Notes: generated by a model not told the origin, from the sequence alone. 64,000 bases of DNA from a bacterium (GCA_030629005.1 DAOVPV010000002.1:67932-131931), one strand, 5' to 3'; shown: positions 46,137-55,259, counted from the first letter of the stretch. Numbers and translations: made by a program.

Positions 46137-47486
46137 TTAGAATTTGCTTATTTCTTCAAAGTCATTGAAGTGATATTTTTTTTTACCGACTATGTGATAA
46201 TCTTCGTGCCCTTTTCCTAAAATTGCAATAATGCTTTTCTGTGTAGATATACTTGCAGCGTATTCAATCGCATCTTTTCTATTGTTTTTTACAGTTGTTT
46301 TGTTTGTTGCTTTGGATTCAATGCCATATAATATATTGTTTATTATTTGCTGAGAATTTTCTGTTCTCGGGTTGTCGTCTGTTATTATAACTTTGTCGGA
46401 GTATTTGGAAGCAATATTTCCCATGAGTGGGCGTTTTTCTTTATCTCTGTCTCCTCCGCAACCAAAAACAGTTATTAGATTTTTTGTTAGAGGGCGCAAT
46501 GTTTTTAATACTTCTTGTACAGATGATGGATTATGTGCGTAGTCCACAAAAGCTCGAGAGCCATTTTTTAGGGTATGTAACTGTAATCTACCAGGAATTC
46601 CTGGAAAGTTTTTAATGCCGTTGAATATACTTTCTTTTGGAATGCCTAAATTTTTACAAATTAGATATGCCATGGAGAAATTATATAAGTTAAATTCTCC
46701 CGGCATGTGTTTTGGTATAAGTTTTCTTGTCTGTTTAAACGTTTTTTTATTTAAGCTGATAGCACTTGTTTTATTTTTTATTTGTTCAAATGCTATTTTT
46801 CCCCAGTTATCGTCTGTATTTATTATAGCAATAGCTTTCTTTTTTAATTGTTTAAATATTTTTTGTTTGGCTTTAAAGTAATTTTTCATTGTTTTATAAA
46901 AGTCTAAATGTTCATGTGCTAAATTTGTGAATCCAACAGCATCAAATCTTAACTCATGTGTTCTGTATAGACTTAATGCATGTGATGATACTTCCATGAT
47001 TAAAAAGTCGATTTTATTTAATTCACATTCAGAGAGAAACATATGTAAGAAATCACTGTTTGGTGTCGTGTTGGTAACTTCAAATTTTTTGTCTAAAATT
47101 TTATTTATAATAGTTCCAATTAATGCTGTTTTAAAGCCTGCGTTTCTTAAAATATGTTCAATTATGTAAGTTGTGCTTGTTTTTCCCTTTGTGCCAGTAA
47201 CTCCAATTATTTTTGTTTTTATATTTTGAATATTTAAACTTTTTGCACTTAGTTCTGCCAAGGCTATTCTTGCATTTTTTACATGCAAAAATTTTACACT
47301 GTTTTGTTTGCATAAGGATAAAGTTTTTGGGTGTCGATCTTCGCAGACTATTTTTTTTGCCCCCAATTTTATTGCTTCTTTTATAAAATCGTTGCCATCA
47401 AAAGAAAAACCTTTAATTGCAACAAAGGTGCAATCCTTAGAAACGTTCTTTGTATTGCAGGTTACCGGATATTTTTTACTAAACAT
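46137..47486 (-). CDS. murE: UDP-N-acetylmuramoyl-L-alanyl-D-glutamate--2,6-diaminopimelate ligase
   Basis: Mur ligase P-loop GVTGTKGKTST, DYAHNP, and the DAP-specificity DNPR motif (ITDDNPRTE). Confidence 0.85.
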   Translation of the reverse strand: MFSKKYPVTCNTKNVSKDCTFVAIKGFSFDGNDFIKEAIKLGAKKIVCEDRHPKTLSLCKQNSVKFLHVKNARIALAELSAKSLNIQNIKTKIIGVTGTKGKTSTTYIIEHILRNAGFKTALIGTIINKILDKKFEVTNTTPNSDFLHMFLSECELNKIDFLIMEVSSHALSLYRTHELRFDAVGFTNLAHEHLDFYKTMKNYFKAKQKIFKQLKKKAIAIINTDDNWGKIAFEQIKNKTSAISLNKKTFKQTRKLIPKHMPGEFNLYNFSMAYLICKNLGIPKESIFNGIKNFPGIPGRLQLHTLKNGSRAFVDYAHNPSSVQEVLKTLRPLTKNLITVFGCGGDRDKEKRPLMGNIASKYSDKVIITDDNPRTENSQQIINNILYGIESKATNKTTVKNNRKDAIEYAASISTQKSIIAILGKGHEDYHIVGKKKYHFNDFEEISKF

Positions 47487-47570
47487 GCTAATATATTCCT
47501 ATATATGCCAATATAATTACATCTATTTATTGTGTTGAAAAGTTTATTTAAGAATAATTTATCAATTTTA

Positions 47571-47600
47571 TTGATTTTTAAAAACAAAATTTATTATACT
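47571..47600 (+). promoter_or_regulatory. Candidate sigma70-type promoter
   Basis: TTGATT (47571-47576), 18-nt spacer, TATACT (47595-47600). Lies 25 nt upstream of the small ORF. Confidence 0.35.
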
Positions 47601-47624
47601 TTAACATGTCGCGGTTCAGTTATT

Positions 47625-47723
47625 ATGTTAAGTCTATGGATAGGCTTACTGGTAGGGGGGATATTTATCTGTTTTAAAAAGATACATTTTGTTGAGAGTT
47701 CTTGCTATTCTTATTTTCCATAA
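47625..47723 (+). CDS. Candidate 32-aa hydrophobic peptide (MLSLWIGLLVGGIFICFKKIHFVESSCYSYFP)
   Basis: ATG-initiated internal part of ORF 47532..47723. One predicted TM helix followed by KK. Bracketed by the candidate promoter and a terminator hairpin. No clear Shine-Dalgarno. Confidence 0.3.
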   Translation: MLSLWIGLLVGGIFICFKKIHFVESSCYSYFP

Positions 47724-47734
47724 AAATGTAACCT

Positions 47735-47766
47735 AGTTACTAACAATATTGTTTGTAACTTTTTTT
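47735..47766 (+). terminator. Candidate rho-independent terminator
   Basis: AGTTACTAACA...TGTTTGTAACT imperfect hairpin followed by TTTTTT, 12 nt after the small-ORF stop. Confidence 0.45.
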
Positions 47767-48052
47767 GTGTGTCTAGAATTAGCCCTTCTAGGGTTTATTA
47801 TGTTTCTTTTTTTTATAAAATAACTTTACTATTTGAAGTTTTATGGCTGAGGGTTGTTGTTTGTGTGATATTTGAGGTTAGTCGGGGTTTTTTGCTTTTG
47901 GTCTATTTAAAAATATTCAGTGATAAATATTTTTTTAAGAATTATTTTCTAAGTTTGATAGATTTGGTTTTGATGTTTTTTTTAAAAAGTATAAAATTAA
48001 AGTCTCGAACACATATTTTTTGTTTATTTAATTATATTATTTTGGAAATTTC

Positions 48053-48715
48053 ATGGCAGAAGAAAAAGATTTAAAGACATTAGACATTGAAACTATAGAT
48101 ACTCAAGACGTTAACAAAGATGTTAAACAAGAAGAGCCAAAGCTAACAAAAGAAGAACAAGAGGAAAAACAAAAGGCTCTTATCGAAGAATTTATGAAAA
48201 AAAATACAAAGGAACTTGATGTTCCTGAATTATCTGAATCTTTTAAAAAAGATGCGATTCTCGTTTTAAAGGAATTGGACAAAGCTAAATTAGAAATAGA
48301 CGAAAAGATTTCCTCTTTTGTGGGTATGTATAGAACTATAGAAAAGAAATTGGAAAATTTAGTTACAGGAAAAAAAATTCAATTGAATGATCAAGATTAT
48401 CAAAAGGTTAAAGAGTCTTTTTTAAGGTATGAAAAATTTTTGAATCAAGTTTTGGCAGAAGTTGTAAAAGAATTAGGTTTTTATGCTGGAATTTTAGCCG
48501 AGAAACCGTTAGAAAAAATTGTTGTTTTTAAAGATGTTTCTGATGATGCTGTTAGTTTTTTGAATGATAAGCTTAAAACAACAAAGAGATATCTAAAAAA
48601 AATGTATAAAGATTTGAGAATAAGTTATTCTCGTTATTTTGTGGATCTTCAAGACCAAATTAGACGTTTGGATTATTTAGAACAGCATACCAAGGTTATT
48701 AAAAAAGATAAGTGA
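48053..48715 (+). CDS. Hypothetical acidic coiled-coil protein
   Basis: 220-aa ORF rich in E/K heptad-like sequence. No signal peptide and no recognisable family. Confidence 0.45.
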   Translation: MAEEKDLKTLDIETIDTQDVNKDVKQEEPKLTKEEQEEKQKALIEEFMKKNTKELDVPELSESFKKDAILVLKELDKAKLEIDEKISSFVGMYRTIEKKLENLVTGKKIQLNDQDYQKVKESFLRYEKFLNQVLAEVVKELGFYAGILAEKPLEKIVVFKDVSDDAVSFLNDKLKTTKRYLKKMYKDLRISYSRYFVDLQDQIRRLDYLEQHTKVIKKDK

Positions 48716-48722
48716 TAAATAA

Positions 48723-48755
48723 AAATAAATACTCCTCGAATAGGGGCATTTATTT
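48723..48755. terminator. Candidate bidirectional terminator between convergent genes
   Basis: AAATAAATACTCC-TCGAATA-GGGGCATTTATTT hairpin (one mismatch, one G-U) flanked by A/T runs. Overlaps the stop of the cyclase-family gene. Confidence 0.5.
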
Positions 48756-49370
48756 TATCAATATAGCTCTTGCAGGAGCTCCATCTGCATCTTTTATAAA
48801 TATTGGAAAGCAAGATAAAATATATTCTCCAGGTACAACATTTTTAAGTCTTAACCCTTCTATAATTGGAATGTTAGCTTCTAGTAGATATTTATGAGTT
48901 TCATGTTCTGGTTGATTCCTTTCTATTCCTAGATAATCAAAACCGAATGTTTTTATTTTTTTATCAGCAAGATATTTAGCTCCAGACTTTTCTAGATAGA
49001 CATAATCAAATGCAAAGTTTCCTGTTTCGTTAAGATTACTATTTTTAGTTTTTAGTAAAATTATGTCATTTTCTTGAATATCAACGTTTTCTAAATCTTG
49101 TGCTGTTATTTTTTCAGTTATGTGTGTTAGGTTGAGAATTTTGCATGGACCATAAAACTTATCTAAAGGTAATTTATCTAAAGTTTTTCCGTTTTCTGTA
49201 AAGTGAGCAGGAGCGTCGATGTGAGTTCCTGTATGAGAATTAAATGTTAATAATTTTTCACGAACTCCATTAGGATTATATTTTGAAACTTGTGTTATTT
49301 GTACAGTTTTTTTATTTTTATATTCAGTGATTTCATTTGTTATTAACCAGCTTATATCAATAAAAATCAT
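48750..49370 (-). CDS. Cyclase-family metal-dependent hydrolase (kynurenine formamidase-like fold)
   Basis: The HTGTHIDAPAHF motif and overall length fit the putative cyclase / arylformamidase family. Confidence 0.7.
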   Translation of the reverse strand: MIFIDISWLITNEITEYKNKKTVQITQVSKYNPNGVREKLLTFNSHTGTHIDAPAHFTENGKTLDKLPLDKFYGPCKILNLTHITEKITAQDLENVDIQENDIILLKTKNSNLNETGNFAFDYVYLEKSGAKYLADKKIKTFGFDYLGIERNQPEHETHKYLLEANIPIIEGLRLKNVVPGEYILSCFPIFIKDADGAPARAILIK

Positions 49371-49426
49371 TTCATCTCCTATTATAAAGCTCCATAAAGG
49401 GGCTTTATAACAATTAAAAACCTAAT

Positions 49427-50314
49427 TTATAACCCAATTTTATTTCTAAGATATTTTGGAATTACAGTAGAAGCAAAAAATACATCTTCATCTAAATACT
49501 TAAGTTCACCAAGTTTAGATAATTTATTTTTAACTTCTTCTTTTGTTATTTTAGTAAAATCATTTTTTCCTGCAATAGAAATACCGAAGACACTACCTTG
49601 GTATGTTGGAATACTTGCTGTATGTAGTTTAACAAAAGGAAAAACACTTCTAATGTTCTTTTGCATTATTTTTACAAGTGTTGGCTGATAGGTCAAAGAT
49701 TCACTTTGAATTGAAACGATTCCATTGTCTTTTAGTGCTTCGCTTACGCTTTTATAAAAACTTTCACTAATTAAACCTTCTGCGGGTCCTTCAGGATCGG
49801 AAAGATCTAGGATTATAACATCGAATTCATTTTTGTGATTTTCTATAAATTTTTTTCCATCACCTATAATGAGATTTGTTCTTGGGTTTTCAAATGCACC
49901 ATTTGGTATAGATGGAATATGTTCTTTACAAGAATCAACAACAGATTTGAAAATTTCTACCATTGTTACTTTGTCTGTATTATATTTTAAAACTTCTCTT
50001 AGTGATCCACCATCACCACCACCAACAATTAAGATGTTTTTAGGATTACTGTGGTATGTCATTGGTAGGTGAACGATTGAGTCATGATAAATAAATTCAT
50101 CAGCCTCAGAGGTTTGTACAATTCCATCGATGACTAACATTTTGCCGTAAGCATAGGTATCAAAAACTTCAACTTTTGACGTTCCAGAAATATTTCCAAC
50201 TGTGAATTTATCAATATTTGAGTACAACGTTTCTTTAATTCCAATTCCATGTTTAAGCTTAGATTCGTCTTTTGGGCAGGTTGCTTCAAAGAAATATTTA
50301 ATATTTTCTTCCAT
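49427..50314 (-). CDS. speE: Spermidine synthase (aminopropyltransferase)
   Basis: LVIDGIVQTSEADEFIYHDSIVHLPM, ILIVGGGDGGSLREVLKY and IILDLSDPEGPA motifs. Confidence 0.9.
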   Translation of the reverse strand: MEENIKYFFEATCPKDESKLKHGIGIKETLYSNIDKFTVGNISGTSKVEVFDTYAYGKMLVIDGIVQTSEADEFIYHDSIVHLPMTYHSNPKNILIVGGGDGGSLREVLKYNTDKVTMVEIFKSVVDSCKEHIPSIPNGAFENPRTNLIIGDGKKFIENHKNEFDVIILDLSDPEGPAEGLISESFYKSVSEALKDNGIVSIQSESLTYQPTLVKIMQKNIRSVFPFVKLHTASIPTYQGSVFGISIAGKNDFTKITKEEVKNKLSKLGELKYLDEDVFFASTVIPKYLRNKIGL

Positions 50315-50324
50315 GTTTAAAGCC

Positions 50325-50708
50325 TTAACGTTGTAAAATTTGTACGTTTACTTCTGTTGCTTCAAAAAAGTTTTTTGTAAATTCTATTGTTTTTTCAGCA
50401 TCAAAATTTTTACATGAAAAAATGTTGATGTATGCAGATTTTAGGTAATCAGAAAAGTGTCCACTAATAAGACTTGTTGTAATCATTTGTGCAACAGAAA
50501 AACCTGCTGTAATTTCAGAGTGCTCTGCAAAACGTTCTATAAATGGTTGGCCATATTTTTCCATATCAATAAATTCACAAAGTTCGTTAACATATCTTAA
50601 TATTTCTTCTTTTGTTGAAATTTTTTTTAAGTTGCAACCATAAAGATTTAAAACAAGTTCTTGACCAAACGTTTTGCTATTTTCAGATCTAATATTAGTT
50701 TGGTTCAT
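50325..50708 (-). CDS. AdoMetDC-fold (SpeH-like) paralogue of uncertain substrate
   Basis: Alignable to the adjacent SpeH: LVLNLYGC vs LLVEFWGA, and ITTSLISGHF vs LEESHITFHTW (the Ser is retained, the His after it is not). INIFSCKNFD matches the IDIFTCG motif. Confidence 0.6.
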   Translation of the reverse strand: MNQTNIRSENSKTFGQELVLNLYGCNLKKISTKEEILRYVNELCEFIDMEKYGQPFIERFAEHSEITAGFSVAQMITTSLISGHFSDYLKSAYINIFSCKNFDAEKTIEFTKNFFEATEVNVQILQR

Positions 50709-51070
50709 TATTTTTCTTTTCCTCTAATTATAAGTTCTGAAACAATTTTTTTCGGAGATAGTTGTTTTGCTAGATAATCCATGCCTGCTTGTGGGTCCGT
50801 ATGTTTTCCACATGTAAAAATGTCTAGAACGATATACTCTTTTTCTGGCCATGTATGGAAGGTTATATGAGATTCTTCCAAGATCACAGCTCCGGTTACA
50901 CCTTGAGGTTGAAATTTATATAATGCAATTTTTAAAGGGTTACTTTTTGCTGCTTTTGCAGCTTCCCATAATATTTTTTCCCAAATAGTGATGTCTTCTA
51001 TTGTTTTTGCACCCCAAAATTCAACTAATAAGTGTCTTCCCAATGGGTTATGTGTTTCATTATTGGCCAT
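50708..51070 (-). CDS. speH: S-adenosylmethionine decarboxylase proenzyme (small class 1 type)
   Basis: GRHLLVEFWG, self-processing site LEES/HITFHTWPE, and LDIFTCG. Confidence 0.9.
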   Translation of the reverse strand: MANNETHNPLGRHLLVEFWGAKTIEDITIWEKILWEAAKAAKSNPLKIALYKFQPQGVTGAVILEESHITFHTWPEKEYIVLDIFTCGKHTDPQAGMDYLAKQLSPKKIVSELIIRGKEK

Positions 51071-51282
51071 AATGAATCCTCAATTTCTATAAAATGTTTA
51101 TAAATAAAATAGACGTAAAAAGATTTTTGCTTAACTAAGCAAGTTGATATGTAATATTAAAATGCATTCTAAAGCACCAATGGTTATTATAATCCATTGT
51201 GGGCCCTTCCATTTTTAAGTACAAACCAAAAAAGAAACAAATCGTGAGAAAAGAATAACAGAAATAATTTAAATTTCAATGA

Positions 51283-52230
51283 TTAATTGATTTTTTTAAC
51301 ATTATGCCCACCGAACTGGTTTCTTAGCATGGCTACTACCTTTGTGCCATAGTTTCCACCAGTTTCTCGGGATTTTGTTCTAACATCTAGCGCGTTTTGT
51401 AACAATTGTATAGATATATTTTCTTTTTTTGCTTCATCCAGAGTCCAGCGTCCAGTCATATTTTCACCTATAGAGCCAGATATATTGTTCAATTCTTGAT
51501 CTTGAGAAAAGATATTTTCACACAATTCAAGTATCCACGATCTTATAACAGAGCCATGCAACCAAGTTTGGGTTATTTTTTCAAGGTCTAAATCTTTATA
51601 TACATTATTATTTTTTAAAAGATCAAAGCCTTCTGCATAACTTTGTAATAAACTATATTCTATTCCATTGTGGATCATTTTTACATAGTGGCCTGCTCCT
51701 GTTGGTCCCATATGGTCATATCCATTTGGTGTAGCTATTGCTTTGAAGATATTTTCTATTTTTTTGAATATATCTTTGTCTCCACCAATCATCAAAGAAT
51801 AACCTTCAAATTTTCCAGCAACACCCCCGGATGTTCCACAATCTAAAAGATATATATTTTTTGATTTTAGTTTTTTATAAAGTTCTTTTGTATTTTTAAA
51901 AAGACTATTTCCGCCATCTACAATAATACTTTCTGGTTTTAGAATTTCAGATAGTTTTGTTATTGTATTTGTTGTTATTTCTCCGGCTGGTGTCATTATC
52001 CACACAGTATTTACTTCAGTCGCCAATTCTTCTAGTGAATTTACAAATGTAATATTGTTTTTAAATTTTTCTTTATTTTCTAATTTTTGTTCAAAAATTA
52101 AATTTATAATTTCTTGTTTATTTATATTTGGATCAAATGCAAAAACTTTATGGTTATCTGTTAGTAACCTGTATGCTATTGCATTTCCCATTTTTCCTAG
52201 TCCGACTAGACCTATGTTCATGATCGCCAC
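51283..52230 (-). CDS. gnd: 6-phosphogluconate dehydrogenase, short (Gnd-like/YqeC-type) form
   Basis: NAD(P)-binding IGLVGLGKMGNAIAYRL, GAGHYVKMIHNGIEY. Overlaps the zwf stop by 13 nt. Confidence 0.85.
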   Translation of the reverse strand: MAIMNIGLVGLGKMGNAIAYRLLTDNHKVFAFDPNINKQEIINLIFEQKLENKEKFKNNITFVNSLEELATEVNTVWIMTPAGEITTNTITKLSEILKPESIIVDGGNSLFKNTKELYKKLKSKNIYLLDCGTSGGVAGKFEGYSLMIGGDKDIFKKIENIFKAIATPNGYDHMGPTGAGHYVKMIHNGIEYSLLQSYAEGFDLLKNNNVYKDLDLEKITQTWLHGSVIRSWILELCENIFSQDQELNNISGSIGENMTGRWTLDEAKKENISIQLLQNALDVRTKSRETGGNYGTKVVAMLRNQFGGHNVKKIN

Positions 52231-53627
52231 CTTATTCCTTTACCATTAAGTTTGTTTGCTTGTTCTGGACCAGATGAATTTTTTTCGTACTTAAATAATT
52301 TAAATTTACCTTTTTTTATTTGTTCTACAATTTTCCAAGAATGTTCTATTTCATCAGATCGTACAAATGCCGATTGATCTCCGTTTATAACATTCAATAA
52401 TAAATGTTCGTATGCCTCTGGAGTGTTTGGTCCAAAAAGGCAAGAGTGACAAAAGTTCATTTGTATTGGCATTATAGTGTTGATATTTTCTGGATCTTTA
52501 ATATTTAATTCTAGAAAAAAACCTTGGTCTGGGTTTATTTTTAATGTCAGATAATTAGAATCTGTTGGACATCCTTTTGTTAAAAGACACTTTACCATCT
52601 TAAATTTTATATGGACACTGGTGTCTTTTTTATCTAAATATTTACCTGTTTTTAAATAAAAAGGTACTCCTGCCCAACGTTTATTTTTTATTTCTAGATT
52701 TAACGCTGCAAATGTTTCAGTATTTGATTTGGGATCTACTCCCTTTTCTTTTGTAAATTCTTTATATTGTCCTAAAACAGCATCTTTAAATTTTACATTT
52801 TTTAGGACTTTTGCTTTTGCATTTCTTATATATTTAGCTTCTAGTTTTTTGGGTTGTTCCATTGCGATTAATGATAAAATTTGCAACATGTGATTTTGTA
52901 TAACATCTTTTATTGCACCATATTTATTATAAAAATTACCTCGCCCTTCTAATCCAATTTTTTCTTTTAAAATAATTTGTACAGATTCTATATTTTTATT
53001 ATTCCACAGTGGTTCAAAGATTCTATTGGTAAAGCGTACAAGGGAAATGTTGCTTACAAGTTCTTTGCCAAGATAGTGATCTATTCTGTATATTTGGTTT
53101 TCATGAAAAGATTTTTTTATACAATTATTTATTTGTTTGGCACTTGTAAAATCTGAGCCAAATGGTTTTTCATAAACGATTCTTGCCCATGGGTGTTTGC
53201 ACATGGAGCAGTTGCTTTCACTTTGGTGTTTAGAGATTATTTTATTTTCATTTAAGTTTTTTGTAATTTCTTTGAAGTGTTTTGGAATGGTTGCTAAATA
53301 AAAAATTCTGTTGCCATTTAGATTATGTTTTTTTTCTACATTAACTATAGAATCGTGAAGTGCTTTATAACCTTGTTTATTGTAAAAATCTAATTGGTGA
53401 TAGTAAGAGGCTTTTTCTAACTTATTCCAAAGTTTGTTATCTATTTTAGAAATAAATTTTTTAGAATTTTGTAAGATTTCTTCTGTATTTGTCTGATCAA
53501 AAGAAACGCCAATAAATGCAAATAGATCTAGTTTTTTATTTTCTATTAATTTGTAAATTGCTGGAATTAGTTTGCGTTTGCATAGGTCACCTGTTGCGCC
53601 TAGGACAATAAAAGTTACTTGGTTCAT
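52218..53627 (-). CDS. zwf: Glucose-6-phosphate 1-dehydrogenase
   Basis: LGATGDLCKRKLIPA, RIDHYLGKE and EKPFG motifs. Confidence 0.9.
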   Translation of the reverse strand: MNQVTFIVLGATGDLCKRKLIPAIYKLIENKKLDLFAFIGVSFDQTNTEEILQNSKKFISKIDNKLWNKLEKASYYHQLDFYNKQGYKALHDSIVNVEKKHNLNGNRIFYLATIPKHFKEITKNLNENKIISKHQSESNCSMCKHPWARIVYEKPFGSDFTSAKQINNCIKKSFHENQIYRIDHYLGKELVSNISLVRFTNRIFEPLWNNKNIESVQIILKEKIGLEGRGNFYNKYGAIKDVIQNHMLQILSLIAMEQPKKLEAKYIRNAKAKVLKNVKFKDAVLGQYKEFTKEKGVDPKSNTETFAALNLEIKNKRWAGVPFYLKTGKYLDKKDTSVHIKFKMVKCLLTKGCPTDSNYLTLKINPDQGFFLELNIKDPENINTIMPIQMNFCHSCLFGPNTPEAYEHLLLNVINGDQSAFVRSDEIEHSWKIVEQIKKGKFKLFKYEKNSSGPEQANKLNGKGIRWRS

Positions 53628-53745
53628 ATTAAAACCCTTTAAAAAACATTGTTTATTAAATAAACATTATATAAAATTGGTTAAATATTTAAAGGAGCCT
53701 GTCTTTATAAGAGTTTTTTGATTTTAATTAATGGTAGTTAGAAAA

Positions 53746-54138
53746 TTAAATTAAATTGCACCATTTAGTTCTTCTCGCTTCAGGATAGGGCCTAAATACA
53801 TCAGTATTTATATTTTCAATTTGCGCCCCTTCATCGTTTATTTGTTGTTGAATTTTTTCGCATATTAAAAGTCGATAAGCATTCATTTTTTTTAGTTTTC
53901 TAGATAAGTCTTTTTTTTTTGAGAGATTTGGTTCATCTTTATGTTTTGCTATTAATTTTTCAATTTTTACACATATATAAACAAATAAACTTTCTAAATA
54001 TTCTATTGATAATTCATAACTTAGATCTATAGTTTCAGACATTTTTGTTTTGGAACAACCAGAAGTCATGCAAAATATTACGTTTAAATTTATCAGATTA
54101 ATTATGAAAATTATTATAATTTTTGTAATTAAATTCAT
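53746..54138 (-). CDS. Small hypothetical secreted protein or lipoprotein (130 aa)
   Basis: Hydrophobic N-terminus ending ...FCMTSGC (lipobox-like), followed by a helical, charged body. Confidence 0.4.
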   Translation of the reverse strand: MNLITKIIIIFIINLINLNVIFCMTSGCSKTKMSETIDLSYELSIEYLESLFVYICVKIEKLIAKHKDEPNLSKKKDLSRKLKKMNAYRLLICEKIQQQINDEGAQIENINTDVFRPYPEARRTKWCNLI

Positions 54139-54143
54139 TTTAA

Positions 54144-54557
54144 TTAATCCAGTTTTAATAATTTCTCGATTTCTTCAAAATAATCGTTAGATTCACGTTT
54201 AAAGTTTTCTAACCAGTCTGAGAAGTAACGTAAAATTATTTCAGCAGGAATTGCAAAACATTTATTTCTTAATTCAAGTATACGTAATCTTAGAGATTCA
54301 AATGTTTCGTATTCTTCAAATTCTTTTTCGTTACCACGATATAATATTGAGCATACGTTAGATATTTCAATGCGCCTCACTATATTATCTTGAGTTGTTT
54401 GTTCAAGCTCTATTTCTAAGTTTATTAAAATTCTTTCAACTTCTTCTATTTTTGTAAAAATATTTTTGGGGATTCTTGATTTTTTAAATGCTTTTAAATT
54501 TACAAGATTTGATGAAAAAATTGTTAATAAAATGAATAATATAGAAATTTTTTTCAT
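54144..54557 (-). CDS. Small hypothetical secreted helical protein (137 aa)
   Basis: Signal peptide MKKISILFILLTIFSS when started at ATG 54557. LEIELEQT...C..LY resembles the next ORF. Confidence 0.4.
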   Translation of the reverse strand: MKKISILFILLTIFSSNLVNLKAFKKSRIPKNIFTKIEEVERILINLEIELEQTTQDNIVRRIEISNVCSILYRGNEKEFEEYETFESLRLRILELRNKCFAIPAEIILRYFSDWLENFKRESNDYFEEIEKLLKLD

Positions 54558-54564
54558 GTAAAAA

Positions 54565-54969
54565 TTAATTTTTAGGTTTTGATTGAACAAATTTTTTTAT
54601 TATTTTTAAAAAATTTTTCGATTGTCCGTTTATTTGTAAATCTAAAGTAAAAATCATACTACAAATACTTGCTTTTATGTTACTAGAGTAAGAACTTTTG
54701 TCGCGATCAAGTATATCTTTATATTTTTCGTATAGATCAACACATTTTTGGCGTAGTTTTTTGATGGCTTCTTTGTTGGTTGTATCTGTTCGTTCGTACT
54801 CAAGTTCGATTTCTGCTAATTTTGCATCGATTGAGTCTAATAATTCTAAATTGATTTTTGCAGACTCTTTTGCCGCTATTGTTTCTTCTTCTTGGGCCAT
54901 ACTTTTTAAAGTATTTGTATTAAATAAAAGTGTTGATGATAAAAATATAATTGTTATTAATTTTTTCAT
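54565..54969 (-). CDS. Small hypothetical secreted helical protein (134 aa)
   Basis: Signal peptide MKKLITIIFLSSTLLF. AEIELEYERT...CVDLY resembles ORF 54144..54557. Confidence 0.4.
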   Translation of the reverse strand: MKKLITIIFLSSTLLFNTNTLKSMAQEEETIAAKESAKINLELLDSIDAKLAEIELEYERTDTTNKEAIKKLRQKCVDLYEKYKDILDRDKSSYSSNIKASICSMIFTLDLQINGQSKNFLKIIKKFVQSKPKN

Positions 54970-55173
54970 ATTTTATCCCTTTTTTATTCTGTGTGTTTTT
55001 GATTGTTTGAGATGGTAGCAAAAACCTATTTTTAAGGCAAATTTGTTTTTATTTAGTTGTAATAAGACTCAATATTTGTAGTGTATAATTTTGAACAACA
55101 TCCTCTTTTAAGGTAAATTTTGTGTATTCTTGTAAAAAAATATAATATTTAGTAATACTCATCAGTGAATTAG

Positions 55174-55213
55174 CCGGCGCTAAATGTCGAGATAACCGGC
55201 ACCAAATGTCGAG
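55174..55213 (+). promoter_or_regulatory. GC-rich 18-bp direct repeat pair (period 22) upstream of the AAA ATPase gene
   Basis: CCGGCGCTAAATGTCGAG (55174-55191) and CCGGCACCAAATGTCGAG (55196-55213). A second pair follows: AATGGAGTTTT and AGTGGAGTTTT (55227-55257). Confidence 0.4.
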
Positions 55214-55259
55214 TTTGCCTGTAAATAATGGAGTTTTTTGCTAAAAAGTGGAGTTTTGT

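Noticed and set aside
47769-48074. 101-aa GTG-initiated ORF in the murE downstream gap
   Set aside because: It has no Shine-Dalgarno, an odd composition and an overlap with the well-supported start at 48053, so it is probably not coding. The interval 47767-48052, with a G-rich patch near 47845-47895, remains unexplained. I found no match to tmRNA, RNase P, SRP or 6S hallmarks by eye.
51127-51202. Palindrome TTGCTTA-AC-TAAGCAA and a 6-bp hairpin upstream of speH, considered as a riboswitch or attenuator
   Set aside because: The structures are short and weak: a 2-nt loop in one, and two mismatches flanking the other. No known riboswitch consensus is recognisable, so there is not enough evidence to report a feature.
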